Shown here piece after piece: positions 9,376 to 21,021 of a stretch of 64,000 bases of DNA. Source of the DNA: a virus (lineage: Duplodnaviria; Caudoviricetes); IMG/VR virus record IMGVR_UViG_2684623153_000002, positions 1-64,000 of that record. One strand, written 5' to 3'. Both the position numbers and the translations under genes were made by a program. Numbering within the stretch: the stretch's first letter is position 1; each line of letters starts with the position of its first letter. The notes beneath the pieces are model-generated. The model was given only the letters and a program-made list of their open reading frames with translations. It was not told where the DNA came from and ran no database searches.

Positions 9376-10417
9376 TGACGATCACCTGCCCTAGACGCGG
9401 GATTTCAATGTCTTGGAGGGGCAAGTTTTTGGCTTCGCCGTTGATCAAGACATTCGAATAGTCCGATACACTATCCGCATGATACAAAATGTCATTGATC
9501 GCTGACATTCTGATCACGTTCTCCTCGAAGGCAAGTGATTTCAGGAGAGACTTGATCTTCCCTTCTATTTCTTGTTGAGCATCTTCAAGTGAATAGTCCA
9601 TTTTAAGCTCCACAGATACGGACACCTCAACATCTTTCCACTTGGCGCTTTCAACAGTGGCAATAGCCCCGATTGGTGCTTGACCTTCCCCTTCTCCTGG
9701 AACAGGATCAATGTACTCTTGGACCTTATTGACGAGCAGATCCGTCGCCACATCAAAATTCCCGTCAGTGATGACAACTTTTACTGTGCCTTCACCATTC
9801 CAAAGAGGAAATACCTTTGCCCTGCCGACTCCTTCTACTTCTTCAGCCCATTTTTTATAGTGCGCTTTGTTGGCGCTGACAGCTTCCCGCCTTGCCCTCA
9901 TCAAGTACCGCTCATAAAGAGCTTCATCATCTTCTTCCTCTTGCCCCGGTATCTTCAATTCTCCAAAAATGACAGACTCTAATCCTGGTATGTTATCGAG
10001 CGATAGGAGCGGCAGCTCTGCAAAATTACCATTGCCTACAGCACCAGTGGTTTCACACTTCAGCGTGCCGTCAGATTGATATTGAAAATATAGACTGTCA
10101 ATGTAGAACCTTGAGCCAATTGGTATTCTGATACCTTCAGGTGCGACTTCAACGGACCATACAGCACTTGTGGCCGCTTTACGAGTGATCCCCACTTCAG
10201 CAGCTCGTCTATCTAAAAATTCTCCCTGCGCTGTATCCGCAAAGACAAGATCGAATACCTGATCAAGCCATATATAAGATTGAGCAAGTTCCGCAGCTGC
10301 AGGAGCCAGCGCATTCCATATAACGCTGTTTTCACGTTTATCAATATCATCGGGTATACGTTCCAACATGCGTTCCATGATGGCTTCATACGATTGTTCT
10401 TCAAACATCTTCGCCAA
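9362..10417 (-). CDS. xkdT: Baseplate J-like protein
   Basis: [49 protein letters not shown]. Confidence 0.9.
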   Translation of the reverse strand: MAKMFEEQSYEAIMERMLERIPDDIDKRENSVIWNALAPAAAELAQSYIWLDQVFDLVFADTAQGEFLDRRAAEVGITRKAATSAVWSVEVAPEGIRIPIGSRFYIDSLYFQYQSDGTLKCETTGAVGNGNFAELPLLSLDNIPGLESVIFGELKIPGQEEEDDEALYERYLMRARREAVSANKAHYKKWAEEVEGVGRAKVFPLWNGEGTVKVVITDGNFDVATDLLVNKVQEYIDPVPGEGEGQAPIGAIATVESAKWKDVEVSVSVELKMDYSLEDAQQEIEGKIKSLLKSLAFEENVIRMSAINDILYHADSVSDYSNVLINGEAKNLPLQDIEIPRLGQVIVNEQV

Positions 10418-10829
10418 TCACCTCCTCGATCTCCAAGGTTCCCTCATCTGTCACCACTTCAAATATCACCTTAAAGGCTGCCCCCTCTTTAGTGATCTCA
10501 AAATCTTGAACACTTTCGATTCTCTCATCAACAAGAAGTGCTTCTTCAATGAGCCGCGGGATCTCCATCTCCTTGTATTCGTCCGTTGATTCTTCATCAG
10601 ACACAGCTTCTTGAACCTCACATCCTACATCATGGCTATAAACGGCATGTGAATATCGTTCCGTTCGCAAAGCCATATAGACAAATTGGCGAATGGCATC
10701 GAGACCATTAATCTTTTCGTTGGTTAGACGGCCAGTTTCAAAGTCGATTCGGTAGGTGGTAGAAGGCTCGACAATATCATCTTCATCTTCCTCAAAATCT
10801 TCAATTTCCTCTTCAGGTGAAAGAGCCAT
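10401..10829 (-). CDS. xkdS: XkdS-like (DUF2634) baseplate wedge protein
   Basis: AIRQFVY.ALRTERY...YS.D.G.E motif; synteny. Confidence 0.85.
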   Translation of the reverse strand: MALSPEEEIEDFEEDEDDIVEPSTTYRIDFETGRLTNEKINGLDAIRQFVYMALRTERYSHAVYSHDVGCEVQEAVSDEESTDEYKEMEIPRLIEEALLVDERIESVQDFEITKEGAAFKVIFEVVTDEGTLEIEEVIGEDV

Positions 10830-11110
10830 TATGAACCACCTCCTACTACTTTATCTAAGATATAAAACGTCTGACCGCCTGTCATCGCAAGGACCATGAC
10901 ACTATCGCCTTCTTCGAGTGCATCATCTTCCCCTTCGTCCAATCGAGCTGGCCAGATAAGAAGTTCTTCTGGCATTATGAGTTTGTCATTTTCGTTGAGC
11001 CTAACACTAAGAGGAGAAACAGACACAACATCACCGAGTATCAATTCCATTGGTGATTGTGCATCAACAGCATTGACGGCCAATTGCTTAATTGCCTCAC
11101 TTAGTTTCAT
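10829..11110 (-). CDS. xkdR: XkdR-like (DUF2577) spike protein
   Basis: LSEAIK.LA..AVDA..P...G.V.SVSPL...GGQ.FYILDK. Confidence 0.85.
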   Translation of the reverse strand: MKLSEAIKQLAVNAVDAQSPMELILGDVVSVSPLSVRLNENDKLIMPEELLIWPARLDEGEDDALEEGDSVMVLAMTGGQTFYILDKVVGGGS

Positions 11111-12204
11111 GATTGATTCCCCGTTGGTATTGTATTTTTTTCAACGACATCGATCGTCATGGTGTGTTTGGTTCCCTTAAATTCATGGCTGTCTTGATCG
11201 ATCCAATACGTTTTCTTGATGCCGATATCAGGGATGATGATGCGTACTGGCATACCACTTTGTAATCCAGGAATACCTAGAGCTTGGATGCTTTTCAGTT
11301 CTTTTTTTACACCCTTCTTTTGCGCCAGTCGGACATCAGCTCTCTTTTGCAGCTGTGCTTGGTTGATCTCCCCTGACACTCTTTCGACGTGCTGCAGGAT
11401 GCCGTATTTGCTTCTAGCAGCACTATCATTCGCCACAGCCAGCATCTCAATCTCTTTCTTTTGCGTGACAGTTTTCGGCTTCGTAGGTTTGGTCGTTTTC
11501 TTATCTTTTTCTTTATCTTTGTCAGTAGTCTTAGATTTCTTTTTTTCCTTCTTCAGCACCTTAATTTTTTCCACATGTGTCGCTCTCATCTTCACACGTG
11601 TGGCTGTTTCCTCAATCGAGGTGCTGTACTGATAATCAATGAGATTCACGCCTGATTCAATGACCCATACTTCGGACGGATCAGGCCATGCTCTAAGCCC
11701 CATCTTGCCTTTAGCAGAATAGATTTGATAGTTACGCCCTGTTTGCTTCTTTGTTTCTTTTAATGCCTGTAAGATGATGTCATACAGGCTTGTATCGTTT
11801 TTGAATACAAGTGATTTAATGACATGGCCAGTGTTAGCGATCGACGTCATCGGGATCTGAAAATCTTGACCAAGCCGCTTCATTATTTGATCAGCCCGCT
11901 TGTTTGCAAAGACATAGACATCCTGGTTCTTCACCAAATACTGAAGCATGTCATAAGCAGTAAAAGTGAGCTTTTCATCTTTGGGCGTTCTTGCAAACAC
12001 TGTTCCTCGAAAGAGTTCTTTTCCTTTCCATTTGAAAAGAACAGTGTCACCCTCTTTGATGCTGTAATACTTTTGACTTCCTTGTTTTGTCACGATCGTT
12101 GCTTGTATTGAGCGGGGAGCCTGATACCTTTGCCCCCGAAGTGTCACACTCTCTGTCACAAGCTCGTACATGGTGCCGCTTCTGATGGCAAAAAGCTCAA
12201 TCAA
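11107..12204 (-). CDS. xkdQ: XkdQ-like baseplate hub protein
   Basis: AYDMLQYLVKNQD..VF motif; synteny. Confidence 0.85.
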   Translation of the reverse strand: MIELFAIRSGTMYELVTESVTLRGQRYQAPRSIQATIVTKQGSQKYYSIKEGDTVLFKWKGKELFRGTVFARTPKDEKLTFTAYDMLQYLVKNQDVYVFANKRADQIMKRLGQDFQIPMTSIANTGHVIKSLVFKNDTSLYDIILQALKETKKQTGRNYQIYSAKGKMGLRAWPDPSEVWVIESGVNLIDYQYSTSIEETATRVKMRATHVEKIKVLKKEKKKSKTTDKDKEKDKKTTKPTKPKTVTQKKEIEMLAVANDSAARSKYGILQHVERVSGEINQAQLQKRADVRLAQKKGVKKELKSIQALGIPGLQSGMPVRIIIPDIGIKKTYWIDQDSHEFKGTKHTMTIDVVEKNTIPTGNQS

Positions 12205-12216
12205 TGTCAGCCCCCC

Positions 12217-12879
12217 CTATTGTGGTATTTTTAATTTTTGACCAGGGAAAATCCAATGCCCTGGTTGTCTAATATTGCGTCTACTTCGTTTGATCATTGC
12301 GGCTTTATTCGCATTCCAAATGCGGCGCCATTTTGTACTATCACCATAGAAGCGGCCAGAAATATCCCACAATGTATCGCCCTTTTTAACGGTGTATACT
12401 TTTGGCGCGCCTTTTGAGCTGCGTTTTTTGCTGCTCTTTTTGGCTTTCCGTTTGATTTTTCTAGGTGATGCCGTTTTGTATTCTTTGAGTTGCAAAGTAA
12501 ACTCTCGATCACCAACATCATAAGTGCCTTCATTGTGATTGAAGCTTTCTATGCTGCACTGCATATTGATTTTGGTGCCTGTGACAATAAAACGTACAGG
12601 CTTTTTTGACTTCATGAATCGCTCTATTTTGGCAATCGCATTCTCTGGTGATGGAATACTTTTATATTCAGCGATCGGTGTATACTTCTTGGGAAAAAAA
12701 GCTGTAAATGAAATTTGGCGAGCCCCTGGTACATCCAAGAATGTAAGCTCGCCAAATTTTGATACTTTGATAGATTCATTTTGTACGTTGTTATTGAGTT
12801 CTAATTTCTCAGGAAGAACAGGGAATCGTAATTTGTCCTTCCCTTGCGAAATCCACAATTGATATTTTGATTTAGCCAT
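12217..12879 (-). CDS. xkdP: XkdP-like LysM tail protein
   Basis: [12 protein letters not shown]...[10 protein letters not shown] LysM domain. Confidence 0.9.
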   Translation of the reverse strand: MAKSKYQLWISQGKDKLRFPVLPEKLELNNNVQNESIKVSKFGELTFLDVPGARQISFTAFFPKKYTPIAEYKSIPSPENAIAKIERFMKSKKPVRFIVTGTKINMQCSIESFNHNEGTYDVGDREFTLQLKEYKTASPRKIKRKAKKSSKKRSSKGAPKVYTVKKGDTLWDISGRFYGDSTKWRRIWNANKAAMIKRSRRNIRQPGHWIFPGQKLKIPQ

Positions 12880-15800
12880 CGATCACGACTCCCTTCGTTC
12901 CTGTGTTGATTTCATTCTCTAACTCATCAATGAGCATCTGCTTGATCTTCTCTGCAAGGTTTTCTGCGTCTTGGCCATTATGATAATGCTGCTCACCATT
13001 AAAATTAATGATGATCTGTTTTGATCCACCTGAAGCAGACGGTGCATTTGCTGTGCCAGCTGTTACTGTTTGCACCTGCCCTTGTGAAAGCTCAGATGAT
13101 GCAGCAGTGGCCGGATCGTATACGTCCATTCCTAAAGCCTGTGCAGCTTGCGCCAACAAGTAGCGGCCACGTATGCCGCGTTCTTCCGGTATGATCCATT
13201 CACGCTTGTTTCCTTCACCGACTCTAGCGATTTGTTCTTGCGTGATTAGACCACCGTTTGCATACCCCTTATATGGTCCACCATTTCTGATACTTCTCAA
13301 TCCGGGCGTATTATAGACACTTCCATATCTGCCTTTGATGTAATTGATAGCAGCTGCAGCATTATGGATCGGGTTCCAGATGTCATTCATGCCGCTTGCC
13401 TTGTTAGAATTAAAGGTCGGATCAATGGTCTGCATTAATCCTTTAGACGGCGTTCCTCTCTTGGCGTTTGAATCCCATAGGTTGATCGCTTTCGGGTTTC
13501 CACGTGACTCATTCTGCGCGATGGTCATCAGACCTGGAAGCCAGCTCATCGATGTACCGGTTGCCATTAAAGCAGCCATCAGCCATTGTTGAACACTCAG
13601 GTTAGATGCGCCCATTCCGCTAAATGCAGCGATCAAGGAACCAGCTTGATTCTCTGCGAATTTCTTCACGTCAACTGAATCAAGACCTTTGACGACTCCG
13701 ATCGATGCGAATTTCCCAAGACTCATCATGACACGTGAAGGAGAATGAATGTCTAGCTCTTCCCTAAACGCCTGTTCTACCTTCTTGGCCATGTCCTTGG
13801 CTGCTTGTGTCACTTCACTTCCTTTTGACATCATACCGCTATTAAAGGCGTCAATCAGTCCACCGCCCCAGGTAGGTGACTCTTGGCGAGCGGATAAGAA
13901 AGGTTGTCTTACATTTTGATCTAAGAATTGACCTGTGCCAGTTGGTGTCATGTTTTGACCTGCAGCAAAGCCGGTGACAGTTTGCGCTCCATACTGCGGA
14001 GTCGATGTCTGAATTTGAGTAAATGGTTGCTTGATATTGGCTTGTTTCCACTGTTCAAGCGAAACGACTTTGCTGTTTAACCCTTTTTCAAAATCAGTGC
14101 TAAACTGTTCCCCGTATTTTGATGCGTTGGCCGCGTCTCCAATTGATACCGATCCACTTGTAGAAGTAGAAACTGATGAAGCAGCTGCCGGTCTCATTGG
14201 AGACGATGAGCTTGCTGGAGAGGTTGGTGATGCACCGTTTGGCACAACAGACATTCCAAGGTGAGAAGCAGCCTGAGCAAGCAGCATCTTTCCGCGCCCT
14301 CGGTTATTTTGAGTTGGAATGACAAATTCGTTCCCAGCTTCACCGACCCATGATAAGGTTGGCTGGGTTATATAACCACCGGTGGCTTTCTGATCTGGCT
14401 TTTTCCCCTTAGTAGGGATTTTTTTATACCCTGTCTTTTCTTCACCTTTTTTTTCAAAGATGGTAAATACCTTTCCGCTTACTCCCTTGACTTTATCAAC
14501 CACATTGCCAACAACACTAAAGATGCCATCCCACGTATTTTTTAGATTCTCAGCATGTTTTTTTAATGGATTAAAAACATATTTTTCAAACCATCCACTC
14601 ACTGTCTTCCAGATACCTTTGATAATTCTCCAGGCATCTTGGAATTTCTCCCACACGAAGGAAATCGCTGGTTCCGCATATTTCTTATATGGCTGCCATA
14701 CGTTTTCATAAAACCAAGTAGAGAGTTTTTCCCACGTAGTTTTAATCCAATTCCACGTGTTTCTAAATAGATTCCAAACGAATATAATGGCTGGTAAAGC
14801 GTAAGTTTTAAACGGCTGCCACACATACTCATCGAACCAAGCTGCAAGTATCACCCACGTGGTTTTAATCCAGTTCCATGTACCTTTGAATAGATTCCAG
14901 ATAAACATGATAGCTGGAATGCCATATGTCTTAAATGGTGTCCACACATATTCATTAAACCACTCAGACAATACTCCCCATGTCTCTTTGATCCAATTCC
15001 ATGTATCAACAAGTTTATTCCATACCACACCAATGGCTTCTACTGCATATTGACCATATGGTTTCCATACCTTTTCCATGAACCAAGTTGATGCAACACC
15101 CCATATGGTTTTAATAATGTTCCAAGCAACAACAAAAACACCAACAACAAAGTTGATGATTGGTACAACAAAGTTATAGATAGGTATGAATACTTTTTCC
15201 ATGAACCAGTTAGAGACTTTCTCCCAAGTGGTTTTAATTTTTGTCCATGCTTTTTCAAAAAAACCACCAATTGGTTCAGCCACGTTGTCATTGAACCAAG
15301 TAGAAATATCTTTCCATGTATCTTTAATCCACTTGATTGCATCCTCTGACCATTTGACGATCTCATCCCATTTTTTCTTGATGGTTCCGTTGTCGAACAT
15401 CTTTCCAATCCATTTGCCAAGATCACCGCCAAAGATGCTTCCTAAAATTCCACCGATAACGGTTCCGATACCAGGTGCGATCATTGTTCCTATCGCGGCA
15501 CCACCGATACCGCCACCTAGATTTCCTGTGAACCCACCGATCTTCTCGCCTTTATTATCATTGTTCATACCGATTAACTCTGTTGCGGCAATCAGTGTAC
15601 CGAGAATAGGAATGCGTTTTCCAATACTCTTTGCACCTTTACCGAGATTTCCTAAGAATCCACCGCCACGACCTTGGTTTGGCGTTGTTGGTCTTACTGG
15701 CTCACCTCTATTGATCCAAGGCTGACGATATTCAGGAGGTCGTTGGTTCCTTGGCGGTCGCCCTGCTCCTCCAGAACCACCAATTACACCGCCGCTCGTT

Positions 15801-17848
15801 CCTGCTCCCATTCCTCCTCTTAAACCTTTTCCCCATTTGTAGGCAGCAAAGGCTCCTGAAAGGATGGATTTAAGCGGCTTTAATAAAGTGGCCACTTTTC
15901 CAAGGAATGCGAGTGCAAATGCATTGGCAATCAGTGCACCAGCAATTGAGCCTTCTCCAGTAAGGGCATTCCAGTTGATCTCACCTATCTTCTTGGCAAT
16001 ACGAATTCCTAATTGCACAGGATCAAGAGCTTCTAAAAATGATTCAATGAATATCTTTCCTGCTTTGGCTCCTGCATCAGTGAAACTGTCCTCGGATGAT
16101 TTGTCATCAATACCAAGTAGACCGTTGATAACACCGTTTATGATACCGCCGTAAGTCTTCCCAATATTTTCAGCCATCTTAAAAAGACCTGGTTTCCCTG
16201 TCTTTTCCCACCATTGGCCAAAAACGTCTTTCGTATTATCAAGGACGAGCTTCCATCTTGTCTCAAAGCTCATATCTCGATATTTCTCAAGCTGTTCAAA
16301 GTGTTTCTGCAATTTGGGGTTATCCTTAAATTTCACTTTGAGCTCTTTCATTTGCTTCTTGGAGAGTTTTTCTCCAGGGAACAAAATTTTGAACTGATCA
16401 CCAATAAATCCGAAAACACTCTTTGTCGGATTCAGGAAGCTGTTAGCGAATTTCTTGCCCGCCTTTTCAGCTTTGTTTGATAGATCAGTCAGCACAAAGG
16501 AATATTCCCCACGCCACGTTCTAAATGCTTCTAACGCAGGTTGAAACGCAGCTGCAAGTCCTTTACCCCAAGGCATCAGGATGCTGTTGTTGATGAATGA
16601 TTTGACACCCAGAAATAAGTTGGCCAAGTTGTCCGACATTTTGATCATCATGTCGTTGTATTTGCCAAACTCTTTTGTTACTTCTGGCCACGTTTTATTT
16701 ATGTCCTTGCCGCTTTTTGCAAGTTTTTCGAGCTTACCTCTGGCATCACCAGAGATCGCCCCCATTTCTTGCAAAGCTGCCGTTGCGTCACCGATAGGAC
16801 GCCCCGATTTAATGCCGTCATATAAACGCCCCATCCATAGCGCAACTTCTGAGAACGGCCGCTGAACACCTGCAGCAACATCCCCGACTAGCTTCATGCC
16901 TTCAGTCGTAGAAAGAGCATTGCCTGTAAATACTTGAAGAACACGACTTGACTCGAAAATCTCATCACGAGTAAATGGCGTTTGACCAGCAAAGGCCGTC
17001 AGCTCGTCCAGACGTGCATCTGCTTTTCCTCTGCTGCCGAGCAGTGTTTCAAAAGCCGTGGTCATGTTCTGGCGATCCGCAACCATTTTGAGCGGCACAA
17101 CAATACCACCTGTTGCACCGGCACCGACTCCAAGCAATCCAAGTGTACTGGTGACAGCTGACACGATCCCTCTCAATGGTTTTGTGATAAGATCAAGAAC
17201 CTTGATTGTGGTTGTGTAAGTCCGTCCCAAATGGGTATTCGCAAATGAGACAGCCCCACGTACTGGAGCGGTGAAACGATCGATCGCATTAATCGCCACC
17301 CTGTATTCAGTCCCTAACGTATTCCGTGTATAAGACGCTATACGGCTGACTGTACGTCGGACCATATCAATGGCTCTAATGGTATAGCTGTATCCTCGAC
17401 CAAGCTGACGCGCTGCATATGATGCAATACGTTTGATCCCTGCGGTCGCACGATCATGAACCGTTATGGCAAACCGTTCTACTTTACCAAAGTTACGGTT
17501 GATATAACGACGAAGCCTGACAAGCCCTGGTGTTGCCTGATCTTTAATGCGCATCAGCACACTATGAGTACGCGGCATCTTGCGCTGCACAAAGCCATTG
17601 AACTTTCGTAGTGCTTTTGTGGCCAGATCATTTACATCAAGCGTCAGCTGATAAGTTCGAGCAAGATCACGCAAAACAAACCGCTGCACACGTCTTAATG
17701 CAATTGTGGCATTGTCCCTGATTCTTAAAGTAATTGGCCGCTCTGATCTGCGGCGCAATCTATCAAGTCGTTCTAAGTCCCCTCTGATCAAACGCAATTT
17801 ACGCGTGATCCGGTCTTGTAAATCAAACCGTGCTGTTAAACGAGCCAT
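12872..17848 (-). CDS. xkdO: Tape measure protein with C-terminal lytic transglycosylase (SLT) domain
   Basis: 1658 aa; FA..TPF motif; Trp-rich repeats; ESRGNP.AINLWD..A..G.PSKGLMQ SLT motif. Confidence 0.9.
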   Translation of the reverse strand: MARLTARFDLQDRITRKLRLIRGDLERLDRLRRRSERPITLRIRDNATIALRRVQRFVLRDLARTYQLTLDVNDLATKALRKFNGFVQRKMPRTHSVLMRIKDQATPGLVRLRRYINRNFGKVERFAITVHDRATAGIKRIASYAARQLGRGYSYTIRAIDMVRRTVSRIASYTRNTLGTEYRVAINAIDRFTAPVRGAVSFANTHLGRTYTTTIKVLDLITKPLRGIVSAVTSTLGLLGVGAGATGGIVVPLKMVADRQNMTTAFETLLGSRGKADARLDELTAFAGQTPFTRDEIFESSRVLQVFTGNALSTTEGMKLVGDVAAGVQRPFSEVALWMGRLYDGIKSGRPIGDATAALQEMGAISGDARGKLEKLAKSGKDINKTWPEVTKEFGKYNDMMIKMSDNLANLFLGVKSFINNSILMPWGKGLAAAFQPALEAFRTWRGEYSFVLTDLSNKAEKAGKKFANSFLNPTKSVFGFIGDQFKILFPGEKLSKKQMKELKVKFKDNPKLQKHFEQLEKYRDMSFETRWKLVLDNTKDVFGQWWEKTGKPGLFKMAENIGKTYGGIINGVINGLLGIDDKSSEDSFTDAGAKAGKIFIESFLEALDPVQLGIRIAKKIGEINWNALTGEGSIAGALIANAFALAFLGKVATLLKPLKSILSGAFAAYKWGKGLRGGMGAGTSGGVIGGSGGAGRPPRNQRPPEYRQPWINRGEPVRPTTPNQGRGGGFLGNLGKGAKSIGKRIPILGTLIAATELIGMNNDNKGEKIGGFTGNLGGGIGGAAIGTMIAPGIGTVIGGILGSIFGGDLGKWIGKMFDNGTIKKKWDEIVKWSEDAIKWIKDTWKDISTWFNDNVAEPIGGFFEKAWTKIKTTWEKVSNWFMEKVFIPIYNFVVPIINFVVGVFVVAWNIIKTIWGVASTWFMEKVWKPYGQYAVEAIGVVWNKLVDTWNWIKETWGVLSEWFNEYVWTPFKTYGIPAIMFIWNLFKGTWNWIKTTWVILAAWFDEYVWQPFKTYALPAIIFVWNLFRNTWNWIKTTWEKLSTWFYENVWQPYKKYAEPAISFVWEKFQDAWRIIKGIWKTVSGWFEKYVFNPLKKHAENLKNTWDGIFSVVGNVVDKVKGVSGKVFTIFEKKGEEKTGYKKIPTKGKKPDQKATGGYITQPTLSWVGEAGNEFVIPTQNNRGRGKMLLAQAASHLGMSVVPNGASPTSPASSSSPMRPAAASSVSTSTSGSVSIGDAANASKYGEQFSTDFEKGLNSKVVSLEQWKQANIKQPFTQIQTSTPQYGAQTVTGFAAGQNMTPTGTGQFLDQNVRQPFLSARQESPTWGGGLIDAFNSGMMSKGSEVTQAAKDMAKKVEQAFREELDIHSPSRVMMSLGKFASIGVVKGLDSVDVKKFAENQAGSLIAAFSGMGASNLSVQQWLMAALMATGTSMSWLPGLMTIAQNESRGNPKAINLWDSNAKRGTPSKGLMQTIDPTFNSNKASGMNDIWNPIHNAAAAINYIKGRYGSVYNTPGLRSIRNGGPYKGYANGGLITQEQIARVGEGNKREWIIPEERGIRGRYLLAQAAQALGMDVYDPATAASSELSQGQVQTVTAGTANAPSASGGSKQIIINFNGEQHYHNGQDAENLAEKIKQMLIDELENEINTGTKGVVIDG

Positions 17849-17851
17849 GTC

Positions 17852-18037
17852 TTATCCTCCTTTCTTCGATTCCTTTTCAAGCACTTCTAATTTATGTGCT
17901 ATTAACCCAAACAAAAAGCCCTTGAAACGCCTTGGCGCTTCATAGACCTCTAAGAGTTCAGACGGGGAGTAATGAAGCTCATGCATGCAGTAATACAGAT
18001 ACACAGCCTCTTTGTTCCCGTCTTTTATTAGTTTTTT
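17852..18037 (-). CDS. -1 frameshift extension of the tail assembly chaperone (gpGT-like)
   Basis: A AAA AAC slippery heptamer (18031-18037) just before the xkdN stop; -1 frame stays open (KLIKDGNKEAVYLYYCMHELH...KKGG) until 3 bp before the tape measure ATG. Confidence 0.75.
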   Translation of the reverse strand, partial: KKLIKDGNKEAVYLYYCMHELHYSPSELLEVYEAPRRFKGFLFGLIAHKLEVLEKESKKGG

Positions 18038-18477
18038 GCTTCAGTTTCAAGGTCCTCAATTTCATCTTCAAAACCGTTAACCTCAATGGCTTTGTTTAAC
18101 CAGTTCGCATATTCACCGCCGACAGATAGGACACGTTTTGCCACTTCGACTGGATCTTGGGTGCCGTATGCTTCACGAAGTTCTTTTGATTTGAAGTCTG
18201 GGTAAATGGTTGATTCAACTGCGATACGTGCATAGAAACGTTGGGAATCCAAGTCTTTCACACGTCCACGACCTTTAACATTTTTGAAAGTCGTGTTTTC
18301 TTTCTCCAGTTCATCGATGCGCTCTGTTGTGATCGCTTTGAATACGAATGGAATCACTTTACCTTCTTTGTCAACGAAACGCTTTGAAATGAATGATTTA
18401 ACTTCTTCCGCTTCTGTTGTTTGTCCTGGCATAAAGAATGAAAGATCATATACGTTGTTTGTTTGTTTTTCGCTCAT
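18028..18477 (-). CDS. xkdN: Tail assembly chaperone XkdN-like
   Basis: DLSFFMPG...ISKRF.D..G..IPF.FK.I; likely start ATG 18477. Confidence 0.85.
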   Translation of the reverse strand: MSEKQTNNVYDLSFFMPGQTTEAEEVKSFISKRFVDKEGKVIPFVFKAITTERIDELEKENTTFKNVKGRGRVKDLDSQRFYARIAVESTIYPDFKSKELREAYGTQDPVEVAKRVLSVGGEYANWLNKAIEVNGFEDEIEDLETEAKN

Positions 18478-18635
18478 GTTTAAAAACTCCCTTTGATTTG
18501 TTTTTTTGAATGCAAAAAAGCACATCCATTTTTTGAATGTGCTTTCCAATCTTTTCATGTATAATATAATTCGTACAATTGAACGGCTTGCTCAAGGGTG
18601 TCTGGCTCATCCCCGATAGGAAGGGGGTGATGCTC

Positions 18636-18719
18636 ATGTCAACGTTCCAAGCGATTTCCCTAATGCTTTTATTCGGGATGTTTATCCTTGCCTTGTTGAC
18701 GTATATAAACAAAAAATAG
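18636..18719 (+). CDS. bsrH: Type I toxin, BsrH/BsrE-like 27-aa membrane peptide (absent from the ORF track)
   Basis: MSTFQAISLMLLFGMFILALLTYINKK; AGGGGGTG RBS; TATAAT near 18560; downstream terminator at about 18813-18845. Confidence 0.85.
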   Translation: MSTFQAISLMLLFGMFILALLTYINKK

Positions 18720-18927
18720 ACTCCCCTTGAGCTTTGGACGGTTGAAGGGAAAGTCTATCCTTAAAACTATCTAATTGATAAGCCAGCCCCTTGAAGGGCC
18801 TCATTGTACATTGCCGGGATGTTGACGCATCCTGGCTTCTTTTTATTTTATGCAAATTGCTTTGCATGTAAACACGTTTTCTAAAAAGCTTTGGGTTAAA
18901 AGTTAACCCTTTTTTAACCCATTTGCT
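18711..18927 (-). ncRNA. Putative antisense antitoxin RNA (as-bsrH-like)
   Basis: Extended -10 TGgTATAAT on the - strand (18934-18942); hairpin plus U-tract ending over the toxin stop codon. Confidence 0.65.
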
Positions 18928-19002
18928 AAAAAAATTATACCATATCGAAGACTGAAATAAAAATAACATATTTTTTAGTCATTCGTAATGCCTTTCCTGA
19001 AA

Positions 19003-19446
19003 TTAAAAACTATCCTTCAGTTTTTCAGGAAGATCAAAATCCTCGAACGTAAACGGAACCTCTTCTTCCAGTGCTTCTGAATCCACATCAAGCCCTGCGA
19101 TCTTTGCAGAATCAAAGTTCACATCAAACAATGTGACACGCTCTGTGCCGCGGCCGGATGATTTGTCATCCAGTACAGCTTGAATGGTGAAGTATGGATC
19201 TTGTCCTTTCTTTACATAGTTCAGCATGAGCTGCACAAAGCGCGATGTGACTTTATAGAAAGTCGCTGTGCCAGTACCATTCGCACCGGTTGTCTTGTGA
19301 CCGGTCATACGACGGCCCATGACATTGACCTCTGATTTGTTTTTCTCCACGTTCGCTTCAAACGTTTTGATGAACGCCATTTCCTCACCGTCGAGAAAAA
19401 GACGCCCTTCCTTACCTGAAATGGTATTCTGCGCTTTAAAAGCCAT
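19003..19446 (-). CDS. xkdM: Tail tube protein
   Basis: KAQNTISGKEGRLF...LEEEVPFTFEDFD. Confidence 0.92.
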   Translation of the reverse strand: MAFKAQNTISGKEGRLFLDGEEMAFIKTFEANVEKNKSEVNVMGRRMTGHKTTGANGTGTATFYKVTSRFVQLMLNYVKKGQDPYFTIQAVLDDKSSGRGTERVTLFDVNFDSAKIAGLDVDSEALEEEVPFTFEDFDLPEKLKDSF

Positions 19447-19447
19447 C

Positions 19448-20794
19448 TTATTTCACCTCTACATTGAAATAGAATTTTTCAGCTGCATCAACAGGTTGAA
19501 CAGCTAGATCAATCAAGAAACCGTCACGATCTTCATTCAAAGCGATCGTAATATCAGTTTCAGAGTCAAAGCCAGTGATTCCAGATCCGTCTTGCAACTG
19601 AGTTAGATATTGCGTAATGAGTGTTTTCACCAGCTGCAACCCGTCATCAGATGCTGGAATGTCATTGCCATTTGCTTTGCGTAATTTAATTAAATCCTTC
19701 AATTCACGTGTGAGATCATTGTTGATCGCATCAAGCACACGAATGATCTTGTTTTTAGCAAATGTCTTGTTCTTCTCTGTTGTGTAAGTCGTTAAAGAGT
19801 TAATGTCCTTCTCAACGCTTACTGTGCGATCTCTCGCATCAAACGTGAACAAGAATTCGCCTTGTGACAAGCGGTATTCAACTTGATCATTATCAAGACG
19901 CTCTAATGTATCAACAGCCCCTTCATATTCCACAAAGGTTAACGACTGATTGAAGTTTGCTCCTGCAGATGCACCGGCCACCCATGCAGTTGCTTTGGCT
20001 GGCGTGATCTCTGTGCCGTCTTCTAGCAGAACACCGCTTGTGACATTGATAATTCCTTCATGATCAGCCGGATAGTTTGCCAAAACACCTTGCACCTTAC
20101 GTCCTTGATCATCACGCAGCCGCTTGATGAAAGCCACAAATGTCGCTTTTAACTGCTCGCTAGTGTTATTAGGTAGCGCAATTACGTCAAAGTATTCTGT
20201 TTCAGCTTCTTCAAGGAATGCTGTGTAATCTGCCACGCTTGGCACGCCGTTTTTCCCGCCGCTTAGTGTTACACCAGCGGTGATTGTCACTTCTCCTTCA
20301 CCAGAGAACGAAACATATTTGTTTTGCTTCAGCTCTTTGACATCTTTGACCACCTGTTTATCGACAATGTCTGTACCCACGTAAGTCACCACATCACGCT
20401 TGGAGCTATCCAATACGTTTTCAGTGACTTGGATTGTCACCTCATTACCTTTCTGTCCGCCATAATTGGCAAGAACGTTGAAATTCTCGCTGATCTGAGC
20501 CTTTGCAGGTTCACCCTCATTCAAGCGATATAAAAGAACCGTCTGTGCTTTTTTCTTCGCTTCTCGGAAAAGAAGAAGCGACTTGTCATCGATGTTTAAT
20601 CCGACTTTTTTATTTAAGTCCTCGATGCCTGAGATAGAGATAAACGTCTTAGGCTCTCCCCAACTCATTGTGATTGGGAGTGCAACGGTGCCGCGATCGC
20701 CTAAAGTAATTCGCTGCTGTGCTGTGGTTTTGAAATTGAAGTAGATACCAGGACGCTTCTTTTCTGTACCTGGCGTGAAAGTACCTCCATTCAT
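19448..20794 (-). CDS. xkdK: Tail sheath protein
   Basis: MNGGTFT.G.EK.RPGIYFNF; KNKIIRVLDAI.ND; AEKFYFNVEV. Confidence 0.92.
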   Translation of the reverse strand: MNGGTFTPGTEKKRPGIYFNFKTTAQQRITLGDRGTVALPITMSWGEPKTFISISGIEDLNKKVGLNIDDKSLLLFREAKKKAQTVLLYRLNEGEPAKAQISENFNVLANYGGQKGNEVTIQVTENVLDSSKRDVVTYVGTDIVDKQVVKDVKELKQNKYVSFSGEGEVTITAGVTLSGGKNGVPSVADYTAFLEEAETEYFDVIALPNNTSEQLKATFVAFIKRLRDDQGRKVQGVLANYPADHEGIINVTSGVLLEDGTEITPAKATAWVAGASAGANFNQSLTFVEYEGAVDTLERLDNDQVEYRLSQGEFLFTFDARDRTVSVEKDINSLTTYTTEKNKTFAKNKIIRVLDAINNDLTRELKDLIKLRKANGNDIPASDDGLQLVKTLITQYLTQLQDGSGITGFDSETDITIALNEDRDGFLIDLAVQPVDAAEKFYFNVEVK

Positions 20795-20796
20795 GC

Positions 20797-21021
20797 TTAA
20801 ACCTCCTTAGACAAAAAAGCATCAATCTGCTTCTTTGCTTCTGTTTTTGTAATTGGTTGATCTTTGATATAAAAAAGAGCACCTTCAAGGATTTCAGGCT
20901 TTACGCCAAACAATTCCTTGCTGTGCTCTTTCAAGGCTTCAAATGAAAATGCCGCTTCTTTAGTAAGAACAGGTGCGGCTTTTTCTTCTTTCACCTGTGA
21001 TTCATTTTTAGTCTTGCTCAC
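20797..21021 (-). CDS. Small PBSX/skin-type phage protein
   Basis: ELFGVKPEIL.GALF...TK.EA...I..FL.KEV; synteny. Confidence 0.7.
   Translation of the reverse strand: MSKTKNESQVKEEKAAPVLTKEAAFSFEALKEHSKELFGVKPEILEGALFYIKDQPITKTEAKKQIDAFLSKEV

Noticed and set aside
18682-18969. 95-aa - strand ORF between xkdM and xkdN
   Set aside because: No RBS; it overlaps the type I toxin and antisense RNA, which explain the region better
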